This document shows, piece after piece, positions 16,552 to 25,681 of a stretch of DNA of 29,415 nt. The stretch's first letter is position 1, and each line of letters starts with the position of its first letter. Both the position numbers and the translations under genes were made by a program. The notes beneath the pieces were generated by a model. The model made no database searches, was not told the origin of the DNA, and saw only the letters and a program-made list of their open reading frames with translations. Source of the DNA: Patescibacteria group bacterium (GTDB lineage: Bacteria; Patescibacteriota; Kazan-3B-28; UBA10110); contig JAYEGB010000054.1 of assembly GCA_034658875.1 (NCBI GenBank), forward strand, positions 1 through 29,415. Direction: 5' to 3'.

Positions 16552-19500
16552 TTAAGATAACACTAAATCTAACTCTTTTTCCAGATCTTTATTTATCAAG
16601 GTAGTTGTTTTGGTCTTAAGTCTTTGCCACTTACCTTCAGAAAAAATCTCTAATTCTACCACATCTCCACCTTGGTGTTTTTCCAAAAGTTCTTTTAATT
16701 CTTTTAACTGTCCGCCGTTAAATCCCCTTGGAACACGAATTAAAAGACCGTTTGGCGTATATGAATAATGTTTAATTGTTCTGTTTTGAACAAATTCATT
16801 TTGTTCAACATTTACATTAGATATTGGTTTCTTAAGATAATCTTCAGTAACTTCTGTAATTTTTTCAGCTATAACTTTGGCTTCGCTTTCAACCGTCATC
16901 TCTCCATCTGTTTCATTAACTCTATCTTTTACATTAACTTTCCCCTCTACCACCACAATTTTATCGGTCTTTAATATCTCTGCATTCCCACTCATAATTT
17001 TTGGGAAAACTATCATTTCCATGCTTCCACCCAAATCTTCTATACGAGCGAAGGCCATATTCTGATTATTTCTGGTAGTAACTTCCTTTATTTTTGTAAT
17101 AATTCCACCGACTGTAATATTTTTATTATCAAACGAACTATTCAAACTTGAAATTGGCCTTACCCTACCCTTCAAGCGAGGCATTATATCTTTTAGTGGA
17201 TGTTTTGAAACAAAAGTACCCAAAAGTTCCTTCTCCCAAGCCAGTAGTTCTTGCTCGGTAGCCTTAACCCCTGCTTGCAACTCGAAAACTGGCTTATGAT
17301 TATCATCGCCTTCAAACATTCCAACCTGACTAGAATTATTATAACGATGGAATCCATTAACGAAGTTAATAATTTTTTCGATATTATCAAAGATTTCACG
17401 CCTGTCACCAAAATCGTCTAATGCACCCGACCTAGAAAGCGACTCTAGTGTTTTTTTGTTCAAAGCCTCTTTGGGAACACGAGTTAGAAAGTTGGTTAGA
17501 TCCTTGTATTTACCATTTTTTTGCCGTTCTTCTTCAATTTGTTCCGAAACTTTGCGCCCAACATTTTTAATAACATTAAGCCCAAAACGAATATTCCCAG
17601 TTTCTGGCACAACAGCAAAATCAATAAAGCTTTCATTAATCGAAGGTGGCAAAACCTTTAAATTAAACCGCTCGGCTTCGGCCATGTCTATGGAAATCCT
17701 ATCCAAATTACCTTGGTCTGAGGTCATAAGTGCAGCCAAAAATGCACTTGGATAGTGAACCTTCAAATATGCCGTCCAGTACGCAATTAATGCATAACAA
17801 GCCGAATGGGCACGGTTAAACCCATAGGCTGCAAATGGCTCTACAAAACTCCAAAGTTTTTTTGCCATCTCTCCAGACATGTCATTTTTTACAGCCCCTT
17901 GAACAAACTTCTCTTTTTGCTCCTCCATTAGTTCTGGGATTTTTTTTCCCATAGCTTTTCGCAAAACATCGGCCTCACCGGCAGTGAAACCACATAATTC
18001 TTTCGCAATTTGCATAACTTGCTCTTGCACAACGGCGATCCCGTAAGTGTTTTTTAAAATTGGTTCTAGTTTTGGATGTAAATATGTAATTTCTTTTTTA
18101 CCGTGCTTTCTATCAATGAAGTCTTGAATAAATTCAATCGGACCGGGACGATACAAAGCCACTATCGAAACGATGTCATTAAATGCAGTTGGTTTTAGTT
18201 CTTTCAAGTAGCGCCTCATCCCATCACTTTCAAGTTGAAATACCCCGGTTGTATTGGCATGCGATAAAAGTTCGAAGGTTTTTACATCATCAAGCAAAAT
18301 TTTATCTACCTGAATATCCTCGTCGTAAATTTTCCTTACAATCCTTAAGGTATTTTGAATGATAGTTAAGTTTTTAAGCCCCAAAAAGTCCATTTTAAGT
18401 AATCCCAAATCCTCTACCGGGTCCATTGAGTATTGCGTAACAATACTTTCATCTCCAGTTGACCCGCGCTGAAGTGGTGTGTAGTTAGTTAAGTCTTTAT
18501 CTCCAATAACAACCCCCGCAGCATGAGTAGATGCGTGACGAACCGTACCTTCAAGCCTAGCCGCTAGATCGATGACCTTTTTTGCAATCTCGTCTTTTTC
18601 ATAAGACTCTTTTAACTCAGGAACGTTTTTGAGATGTTCCTTCAGTGTTACATGAAAACCTTGTTGTGGTGGCGGAATCAGCTTTGCAATTTTATCTATG
18701 TCCGCATACGGAGCACCCAAAACTCGTCCAACATCACGAATTGCCATACGAGAAGCCATTGTTCCAAAGGTAATAATTTGTGCTACCTGCTCTCGACCAT
18801 ATTTTTCTACAACATAATCCAAAACTTCGCTTCTCCTGTTATCGGCAATATCGATGTCGATATCAGGCATCGAAATTCGATCGGGATTTAAAAATCTTTC
18901 GAACAAAAGATTATGCTCAATCGGATCAATGTCCGTAATTTTTAGAGCATAGGCAATAATACTACCGGCCGCACTACCTCTGCCTGGCCCTACCATAATT
19001 TTTTGGTTCTTAGCCCACACCACGAAATCGGCCACAATTAACATATAACCCTGAAAACCTTCTTTCGTAATAATGTCGGACTCCATTTTGACTCTATCTA
19101 TAACTTTTTGGCTCAAATCCTCGCCATACCGATACTTAATTCCCTCTTGCACCTGTTTTTCAAAATATTCTCCCAATGGCTCACCTGTTGGCACATCAAA
19201 TTTGGGTAAAATATGTTCGCCCATAGGTATTTCAACATTACATTTTTCGGCAATAGCTTCTGAGTTTTTAATTGCTTCTGGCAAATCTTTAAACTCCTCT
19301 TGCATCTCTGCAGGATCTTTTAAGTGAAGTGCTTCACTCGACATATTTAACCTGTCGGTATCCGAAACCAAAGCACCGGTTTGCATACAAACTAAAATAT
19401 CGTGAGCCTCAGCATCTTCAGCGCAAACATAGTGCGAATCTGCAGTCGCTACTATTTCAAGATCAAACTCTTTGGCTAATTTAACAAGTTCGGTATTTAA

Positions 19501-20049
19501 TCTAGCATTCTCAGGAATATTTTGATGTTTTTGAAGTTCTATATAATAATCTTCACCAAACAAATCTTTGTGCCATGCCATTATTTCTCGCGCTTTCTTC
19601 ATGTCATTATCTATAATTGCCCGAGAAAGTTCGCTAGCCATACAGCCAGACAAACAAATAATACCTTCTTTATGTTCTTTCAAGACCTCGTGATCAATAC
19701 GAGGTTTGTAATAAAAACCTTCCAGATGAGCCTTGGTGGTTAGTTTCATAAGGTTTACATAGCCCGTGTAATTTTTAGCAAGGAGTGTAATGTGGTAAAA
19801 ATTACGCTCACCACGCCTAAGTTCTCGATCGGTTAATTTACCAGATGTGATATAGGCTTCACACCCAATAATTGGTTTAATATCGGCTTTTTTACATGCC
19901 TTATAAAACTCCACGGCACCATACATTACTCCGTGGTCAGTTAAAGCCAAGGCTTTAGAGCCTTGCTTTTTTGCGGTCTCAACAAGATCTGGAATCTTAG
20001 ATAAACCGTCCAACAAACTATAGTGACTATGGACATGAAGATGTACCAA
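16552..20049 (-). CDS. dnaE: DNA polymerase III alpha subunit
   Basis: PHP motifs HLHVHSHYSLLDG and ALTDHG, GRGSAAGS, PDIDID, YGFNRAHS, C-terminal OB fold. TTG start with SD GGGAGGT; no intein-sized insertion. Confidence 0.98.
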   Translation of the reverse strand: MVHLHVHSHYSLLDGLSKIPDLVETAKKQGSKALALTDHGVMYGAVEFYKACKKADIKPIIGCEAYITSGKLTDRELRRGERNFYHITLLAKNYTGYVNLMKLTTKAHLEGFYYKPRIDHEVLKEHKEGIICLSGCMASELSRAIIDNDMKKAREIMAWHKDLFGEDYYIELQKHQNIPENARLNTELVKLAKEFDLEIVATADSHYVCAEDAEAHDILVCMQTGALVSDTDRLNMSSEALHLKDPAEMQEEFKDLPEAIKNSEAIAEKCNVEIPMGEHILPKFDVPTGEPLGEYFEKQVQEGIKYRYGEDLSQKVIDRVKMESDIITKEGFQGYMLIVADFVVWAKNQKIMVGPGRGSAAGSIIAYALKITDIDPIEHNLLFERFLNPDRISMPDIDIDIADNRRSEVLDYVVEKYGREQVAQIITFGTMASRMAIRDVGRVLGAPYADIDKIAKLIPPPQQGFHVTLKEHLKNVPELKESYEKDEIAKKVIDLAARLEGTVRHASTHAAGVVIGDKDLTNYTPLQRGSTGDESIVTQYSMDPVEDLGLLKMDFLGLKNLTIIQNTLRIVRKIYDEDIQVDKILLDDVKTFELLSHANTTGVFQLESDGMRRYLKELKPTAFNDIVSIVALYRPGPIEFIQDFIDRKHGKKEITYLHPKLEPILKNTYGIAVVQEQVMQIAKELCGFTAGEADVLRKAMGKKIPELMEEQKEKFVQGAVKNDMSGEMAKKLWSFVEPFAAYGFNRAHSACYALIAYWTAYLKVHYPSAFLAALMTSDQGNLDRISIDMAEAERFNLKVLPPSINESFIDFAVVPETGNIRFGLNVIKNVGRKVSEQIEEERQKNGKYKDLTNFLTRVPKEALNKKTLESLSRSGALDDFGDRREIFDNIEKIINFVNGFHRYNNSSQVGMFEGDDNHKPVFELQAGVKATEQELLAWEKELLGTFVSKHPLKDIMPRLKGRVRPISSLNSSFDNKNITVGGIITKIKEVTTRNNQNMAFARIEDLGGSMEMIVFPKIMSGNAEILKTDKIVVVEGKVNVKDRVNETDGEMTVESEAKVIAEKITEVTEDYLKKPISNVNVEQNEFVQNRTIKHYSYTPNGLLIRVPRGFNGGQLKELKELLEKHQGGDVVELEIFSEGKWQRLKTKTTTLINKDLEKELDLVLS

Positions 20050-20107
20050 ATTTACCTCCCAAGTAAAGATTCAGTTAATTGTACTCTTTATTTTACCAGA
20101 TCTATTT

Positions 20108-20749
20108 TTATCTTTTCTTGCTAGAAAATAGCCAGCTAACCAGACTAATAAGTAGCACCACAACCAAGACAATGACTAGCCACCACAACTCCTGCAAGAC
20201 AAAATGGGTAATACCAATCGATGCCCCAACCACCATTTGGCCATAAACCGTATCATGTAAAAACCAAACCATAGCAAAGAAGGCCAATATGCCAACTAAA
20301 ATATCGCGAAGTAGAGTTGGTCTGGAGCCACCAAAGTAAACGATGTCATTCCAAAATCTTTGCCAGCCACTTCGTGGGGCCATATCACGGCCCATCATAT
20401 CTAGTATTGCTTTAAGATAAATCTCTGCCGCCTTTTTGGCAGTTTCTTGATCTACAAAATAACCCGGAACCTCCACAACATCTTCGTAAACCTTACGAAC
20501 CTCCAAAAGACTTTTAAGATCGCTAAACATTTTCGACGTATTTGCAATTGCCTCGTTCACTGTTTCGCCATGACTCATTACGCCAAGTACTTCACGAAAC
20601 AATTTGTCGGCTTCAACCACCGCCATATTAACGGCTGCCTTATTTTTTTGTGACATTAGCTTAGTAATGCGCTGCCATTCCTTTTCGATAATAATTTCTT
20701 CCTGCTGCACTATCTCTTCCGCACTAACCTCGTTTGTTTCATCTTCCAT
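20108..20749 (-). CDS. Hypothetical membrane protein, 213 aa
   Basis: Helical N-domain (AVVEADKLF) and C-terminal TM helices; TTGGTA-17-TAGTAT upstream. Confidence 0.75.
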   Translation of the reverse strand: MEDETNEVSAEEIVQQEEIIIEKEWQRITKLMSQKNKAAVNMAVVEADKLFREVLGVMSHGETVNEAIANTSKMFSDLKSLLEVRKVYEDVVEVPGYFVDQETAKKAAEIYLKAILDMMGRDMAPRSGWQRFWNDIVYFGGSRPTLLRDILVGILAFFAMVWFLHDTVYGQMVVGASIGITHFVLQELWWLVIVLVVVLLISLVSWLFSSKKR

Positions 20750-20814
20750 TTTACCCTGTTAGAAATACTATATGCTTATTTAAATTGTACCAACTAAAAA
20801 CCACCTTAGCTCGC

Positions 20815-20831
20815 GGTCGCCTTAGGCGACC
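20815..20831. repeat. Short GC-rich palindrome GGTCGCC-TTA-GGCGACC
   Basis: 7-bp perfect arms just downstream of leuS; no U-tract in the leuS direction. Confidence 0.5.
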
Positions 20832-20845
20832 TATTTCTAACGGGG

Positions 20846-23212
20846 TTAATAAAAATTAATAATTCTATCCTGAATATAGATACGATTTTTATATTCTAAT
20901 AATTTTTCTAGCTTTGGATCATCATCTACAAGATCTACTACATCTTGCTGACTTGCCCCTTCTTTTACATTTACCTCTCCGCGCTTTTTCCCTGCTTCCT
21001 GAACAACCACAGTAATTATTCTGCCTTCTACCTTATACTTTTTAGCCTCCGGCCAGCTTTCTTCCCATATCGAAGTTTTCTTAGCCAAAATGTCTTGCCA
21101 CAATTCTTCTGCTAAGTGTGGTGCATATGGCGCCAAAATCTTTACAAAATCTTCTACCCAAAAACTTGAGACTTTCTCTTTTTCAATCGCCGCATTAACA
21201 AACACCATAAATGCAGAAACTGCAGTATTAAAATCCATGTTCTCGGTATCTTTGGTAATTTTTACAACCAAATCGTAGAACTTTTCTTTCAAATCCTGGT
21301 CTTCATCAGCCTCATTTTTATGGTTATCACGGATTACGCGATAACTTCTATCTAAAAACTTACGCACACCTTCGATACCCGCCGTACTCCATGGGATAAA
21401 TTGATCAAACGGGCCCATGAACATTTCGTACATCCTTAAGGCATCGGCACCAAAACCTGCAATCACATCGTCTGGGTTAATTACATTACCCCTCGACTTG
21501 CTCATTTTCTCGTTGTTCTCCCCCAAAACCATTCCTGGATGACGAAGTTTTGCAAATGGCTCAGAAAATTCAAAATAACCAAACTTCTGCAGTGCTTTGG
21601 TGATAAATCTTGCAAAAATTAAATGCCCAGTCGAATGTTCTGCTCCGCCAACATACAAATCGATTGGCATCCAGTAGTTTATCTTATCTTTCTTAGCAAA
21701 TTCTTTATCGTTATTTGGATCGGTATAGCGCAAAAAGTACCACGAAGAACAAACAAAAGTATCTAATGTATCGAACTCGCGCCTTACGGCTCCTTTTTTA
21801 ATATATTTTTCTGGAATTTCCGAAAAATCTTTAGAAGTTTCCAATGGCGATTCGCCAGATGGTCTAAATTCTACATCAGTTGGTAACACTACCGGTAAAT
21901 CTTTCTCCTCTATTGGAATTGGGTTGTCGTCTTTGTCGTAAAAAACCGGAATTGGTGCGCCCCAATAACGCTGACGCGATACAAGCCAGTCACGAAGCCT
22001 ATACTTGGTGGTAATTTTGCCATCAACTTTTTTAGTGATTGCGACAAATGCAGTATTCGAACTCTCTCCATCGAACTCTTCACTGTTTACAAGATCGCCC
22101 TCACCAACATAAGGAAGTTCCCCACCAGAAACTACCTTACGAATAGGTAGATCAAATTTCTTCGCAAACTCAAAATCACGCTCATCGTGAGCCGGCACGG
22201 CCATGACTGCTCCATAGCCATAGCTACCCAACACATAATCGGCCACCCAAATAGGAATTTCCTCACCATTGGCTGGATTAATTGCATACTTTCCGGTAAA
22301 TACTCCTGTTTTATCCTTTGTGTCGGCTAACCTATCTAGTTCTGTTTTTTTAGAAGCTTCTTTAATATAGCCTTCGACAGTAGCCTTTTGTTGGTCGGTA
22401 ATAAATTTATCTAAATTCTCATATTCTGGTGCTAACACCATATAGGTTGCACCAAACAATGTGTCTAGCCTGGTAGTGTAAACTGTAATTTCTTCATCGG
22501 AGTCCTTCACTTTAAAAGTTATATCGGCTCCTTCGGACTTTCCTATCCAGTTTTTTTGAATTTCTTTAGTCCCCTCCGGAAAATCAACCAAATCCAAATC
22601 TTTTATTAAATCTTCGGTAAAAGCTGTAATCCTAAAAAACCACTGTTTACGTTTTTGTTGCACAACCTCGGTGCCACAACGCTCGCAACAGCCGCCGACT
22701 ACTTGTTCGTTCGCTAATACTGTCTTATCATTTGGGCACCAATTTACATAAGCCTCTTTTTGATAGGCTAAGTCATTTTCGAGTAGCTTTAGAAACAACC
22801 ATTGCGTCCATTTGTAATACTCTGGGTCCGAAGTGTTAATGACTCGGCTCCAATCGTAACCCAAACCAATACTTTTTAACTGCTCGCTGAAGCGCACCAC
22901 ATTATTGGCAGTGTTCTCAGCTGGATGAACACCCTTTTTAATAGCCGCATTTTCGGCCGGCAAACCAAAAGCATCAAAACCTACTGGATGCATTACATCA
23001 AAGCCTTTCATTTGATAGTATTTAGCAACAATATCTGAAGCTACATACCCCCTAGGATGTCCCACATGTAAGCCATCTCCAGATGGGTACGGGAACATAT
23101 CTAAAATATACTTTTTCTTGCCTTTGTTTTTGGCTTCAAAAGTCTTATTTGTCTCCCAATATCTCTGCCATTTGGGATCGATAGTTTGATGGTCGTATTT
23201 ATTTGGATCCAT
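20846..23212 (-). CDS. leuS: Leucyl-tRNA synthetase
   Basis: MFPYPSG..LHVGH, editing domain YTTRLDTLFGATY and GAVMAVPAHDERD, RDWLVSRQRYWG, KMSKS. Confidence 0.98.
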   Translation of the reverse strand: MDPNKYDHQTIDPKWQRYWETNKTFEAKNKGKKKYILDMFPYPSGDGLHVGHPRGYVASDIVAKYYQMKGFDVMHPVGFDAFGLPAENAAIKKGVHPAENTANNVVRFSEQLKSIGLGYDWSRVINTSDPEYYKWTQWLFLKLLENDLAYQKEAYVNWCPNDKTVLANEQVVGGCCERCGTEVVQQKRKQWFFRITAFTEDLIKDLDLVDFPEGTKEIQKNWIGKSEGADITFKVKDSDEEITVYTTRLDTLFGATYMVLAPEYENLDKFITDQQKATVEGYIKEASKKTELDRLADTKDKTGVFTGKYAINPANGEEIPIWVADYVLGSYGYGAVMAVPAHDERDFEFAKKFDLPIRKVVSGGELPYVGEGDLVNSEEFDGESSNTAFVAITKKVDGKITTKYRLRDWLVSRQRYWGAPIPVFYDKDDNPIPIEEKDLPVVLPTDVEFRPSGESPLETSKDFSEIPEKYIKKGAVRREFDTLDTFVCSSWYFLRYTDPNNDKEFAKKDKINYWMPIDLYVGGAEHSTGHLIFARFITKALQKFGYFEFSEPFAKLRHPGMVLGENNEKMSKSRGNVINPDDVIAGFGADALRMYEMFMGPFDQFIPWSTAGIEGVRKFLDRSYRVIRDNHKNEADEDQDLKEKFYDLVVKITKDTENMDFNTAVSAFMVFVNAAIEKEKVSSFWVEDFVKILAPYAPHLAEELWQDILAKKTSIWEESWPEAKKYKVEGRIITVVVQEAGKKRGEVNVKEGASQQDVVDLVDDDPKLEKLLEYKNRIYIQDRIINFY

Positions 23213-23276
23213 GATGAATTTGGCTGTTACAGCTTTAATTTTAGCATATTCACCTACAAATCAGACAAAAATCCCG

Positions 23277-23300
23277 AACGGCTCACGCAATGAGCCGTTT
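23277..23300. repeat. AACGGCTCA palindrome, copy 3
   Basis: CCCG-AACGGCTCA-CGCAA-TGAGCCGTTT-AAAAA, between divergent leuS and tRNA-Ala. Confidence 0.85.
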
Positions 23301-23353
23301 AAAAACAGCTTGAGCTCCATTAATTCTCTTTGTTATTTTCAACCCTTCCTTCT

Positions 23354-23469
23354 GTCATTCTCGATCGACTTGCCCTGTGGGCAAAGTTCGGGTCGGGAAT
23401 CCAGAAAACAACATACTGTGGATCCCCAATCCGAATTTCATCCGACAGGATGAATCGGTTGAGGATAAC
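23354..23469. repeat. Bipartite GTCAT-tagged REP/MITE-like element
   Basis: Left arm GTCATTCTCGA..CGGGAATCCAG, short spacer, right arm TGGATCCCCAA..TTGAGGATAAC; each arm is extended by an inner hairpin. Confidence 0.7.
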
Positions 23470-23492
23470 GAGTGAAGAAATAATCCTATCCG

Positions 23493-23520
23493 ATGAGCCG
23501 TTTAAAAAAACAGTGTTGAG
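23493..23520. repeat. Half copy of the AACGGCTCA palindrome with duplicated flank
   Basis: ATGAGCCGTTTAAAAAAACAGTGTTGAG matches 23290-23315 ATGAGCCGTTTAAAAACAGCTTGAG. Confidence 0.75.
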
Positions 23521-23559
23521 ATGGACTATCTTTAATATTATTGTAGAATTATCACAGAT

Positions 23560-23636
23560 GGGGCTGTAGCTCAGTTGATTAGAGCGCTCGCATGGCATGC
23601 GAGAGGTCGTGGGTTTGACTCCCATCAGCTCCACCA
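23560..23636 (+). tRNA. tRNA-Ala(GGC)
   Basis: Full cloverleaf, G3-U70 identity pair, A73, A32-U38 anticodon loop, encoded CCA; unusual A19 and U56. Confidence 0.97.
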
Positions 23637-23813
23637 CGTCATAACGAATTTCACTTCATCATTTTTGTGCATACACAAAAATTCATACCGTTACATCATT
23701 ACTCCCCGTCTGCTGGCAGGCAGGTTTTTCAAACAAAATCTGAAAAATTTAATGGAAAATACTCGGCTCTCCGCCAGCCAGCGAACAAACCGTTTAGTTG
23801 GTAAGATATATAC

Positions 23814-25166
23814 ATGGCAGTTAAAATGACTTTTTTGGGAGCAACCGAGATGGTTACCGGCTCTAACTATCTTATTGAAAGTGAAAAAACTAAACTACTT
23901 GTAGATTGTGGGTTTTTTCAAGGGAATCGCGAAATCTCCAAAAAAAATTACGATAATTTTGCCTACGACCCGCGAAAAATCGATTTTGTCATACTTACCC
24001 ATGCTCACCTAGACCATTGCGGACGCCTTCCCAAACTATACAAAGACGGTTTTCGTGGGCCAGTTTATTGCACCCCCGCCACCGCCGAGCTCACTACCGA
24101 AATTTTAACCGACGCTGCCCAAATCCAAGAACATGGAGCATCCGACCGCGAAATAGAGATACTGTTTAACACCGAACATGCTAAAGGAATAGTTCGTCTA
24201 TTTAAACCTGTGGAATATGGGCATGAAATAAAGCCGTCCAAAGACACCACCGTTCGCCTAAAAGATGCTGGACACATTTTAGGTTCCTCTTTAGTAGAGC
24301 TTTGGGTGGAAGATAAAAAAATAGTCTTTTCCGGAGACCTGGGTAACAGCCCAGTACCTATTTTAAGAGATCCGGAAATTATCGAGGAAGCCGATTATGT
24401 TATTTGCGAATCCACATATGGGAACAGACTTCACGAGCCAGTCGAACATCGCTCAACCAAGCTCCTTGAAGCCGCAAAATATGCCGCAAAACACAACGCT
24501 CCACTTCTTGTACCTTCATTTGCATTGGAGCGAACCCAGGATCTTTTATATACCATTAACAAGCTTAAAAACGCCAAGATATTTCCCGACATCCCAGTTA
24601 TTTTAGATAGCCCCTTAGCCATTCGCATTACCGACATCTACAAAAAATACACACATTTATTTGATGAGGGATTCCAGAACCAATTAAAAACCGATTCCGA
24701 CCTTTTTGACTTTCCTAAACTTGAAATTAGTAAAAGTAGCCAAGATTCTAGAAAACTAAACGATATGCACAAAGCCATGATTATTATTGCTGGTAGTGGA
24801 ATGGCCGATGCCGGACGCATCCCCCACCACATTTTGCATCATATCGACCAAGTTCATACCCAACTTATGTTTACTGGCTTCCAGGTACCTGGAACTTTGG
24901 GTCGAAAAATCACCGACGGTGCTAAAAATATAAAAATTGGAAAATACTATATCAATATTCGCGGAAAAGTTGGTAATATAAATGCCTTCTCGGCCCATGC
25001 CGATCAAGCCGGGGTTATAAGGTGGCTTAGTGGTTTTAAAACCAAACCAAAAGTTTTCTTAACTCACGGCGAAGACGAACCCCGCAGAGTTTTGGCTGCC
25101 AAAATCCAAGAAGAATTAAAAGTTTCTTCTTATATCCCAACTCTTTCCGAAACGGTAACGCTTTAG
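23814..25166 (+). CDS. MBL-fold beta-CASP ribonuclease (YSH1/CPSF73-like)
   Basis: GA..VTGS, LVDCG.FQG, THAHLDHCG, AGHILGS, FSGDLG, ESTYG, FSAHADQ, HGE. Confidence 0.95.
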   Translation: MAVKMTFLGATEMVTGSNYLIESEKTKLLVDCGFFQGNREISKKNYDNFAYDPRKIDFVILTHAHLDHCGRLPKLYKDGFRGPVYCTPATAELTTEILTDAAQIQEHGASDREIEILFNTEHAKGIVRLFKPVEYGHEIKPSKDTTVRLKDAGHILGSSLVELWVEDKKIVFSGDLGNSPVPILRDPEIIEEADYVICESTYGNRLHEPVEHRSTKLLEAAKYAAKHNAPLLVPSFALERTQDLLYTINKLKNAKIFPDIPVILDSPLAIRITDIYKKYTHLFDEGFQNQLKTDSDLFDFPKLEISKSSQDSRKLNDMHKAMIIIAGSGMADAGRIPHHILHHIDQVHTQLMFTGFQVPGTLGRKITDGAKNIKIGKYYINIRGKVGNINAFSAHADQAGVIRWLSGFKTKPKVFLTHGEDEPRRVLAAKIQEELKVSSYIPTLSETVTL

Positions 25167-25681
25167 ACTTTTATATACTTACTAAAGTCCTTCACAACTG
25201 GGATAGTTTTAGTCTGTCCAGTAAAACCATAGTAGGCTCCCCAAATACTAATCACTCCAAACACAAACCAGTACAAGCGATTCAAAAAGACTACAAATGT
25301 AGCAACCCCCATACCAAAGATGGCATCAAAGAAAGCTTGGAATAGCCAAATTACAAAAAAGACGACAACTTCAATCACAAACAAAGTTATTCCTTGTTGG
25401 AGATGGAATTTTACATAGGAATCATCTTTTTTAACTACCCAAGGAATAATAAATAATGCCGACAAATAGCTTAATGCCGCGAAAACCTTGGTATCGGCCC
25501 CTAGGGATTTTGGCAAACTATCTTGCTCCTTAGGTAAAGTCGCATCTGGTGTTGGCACTTCCCCTATTGCCGGTTCACTAGCAACTTCTTCTGGCAAATT
25601 ATCCGGTTTTTCCTCTACGGGTTGATCATTTTGCTGACTTTGGTCTTGATTTTGATTAAGATTCTCTTCGTTCATGTTCAT
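25163..25681 (-). CDS. DUF4870-like membrane protein
   Basis: Acidic N-tail; AALSYL..LFIIP, VKFH..QG, GA..G.....IPV pattern. Confidence 0.75.
   Translation of the reverse strand: MNMNEENLNQNQDQSQQNDQPVEEKPDNLPEEVASEPAIGEVPTPDATLPKEQDSLPKSLGADTKVFAALSYLSALFIIPWVVKKDDSYVKFHLQQGITLFVIEVVVFFVIWLFQAFFDAIFGMGVATFVVFLNRLYWFVFGVISIWGAYYGFTGQTKTIPVVKDFSKYIKV

Noticed and set aside
16552-20049. Possible intein or intron in dnaE
   Set aside because: Length 1165 aa is normal and no splicing or homing-endonuclease motifs interrupt the domains.
23213-23276. T-box leader for leuS
   Set aside because: The TGCTAAAAT promoter lies only about 30 nt before the ATG and no T-box consensus is visible.
23767-23776. 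CTCTCCGCCA matching the tRNA-Ser 3' end, downstream of tRNA-Ala
   Set aside because: Only 10 nt and it matches the wrong tRNA; too short to call an att site.
23320-23829. ORFs 23320..23637, 23330..23569 and 23575..23829
   Set aside because: They overlap tRNA-Ala and the palindromic elements; open frames are a by-product.
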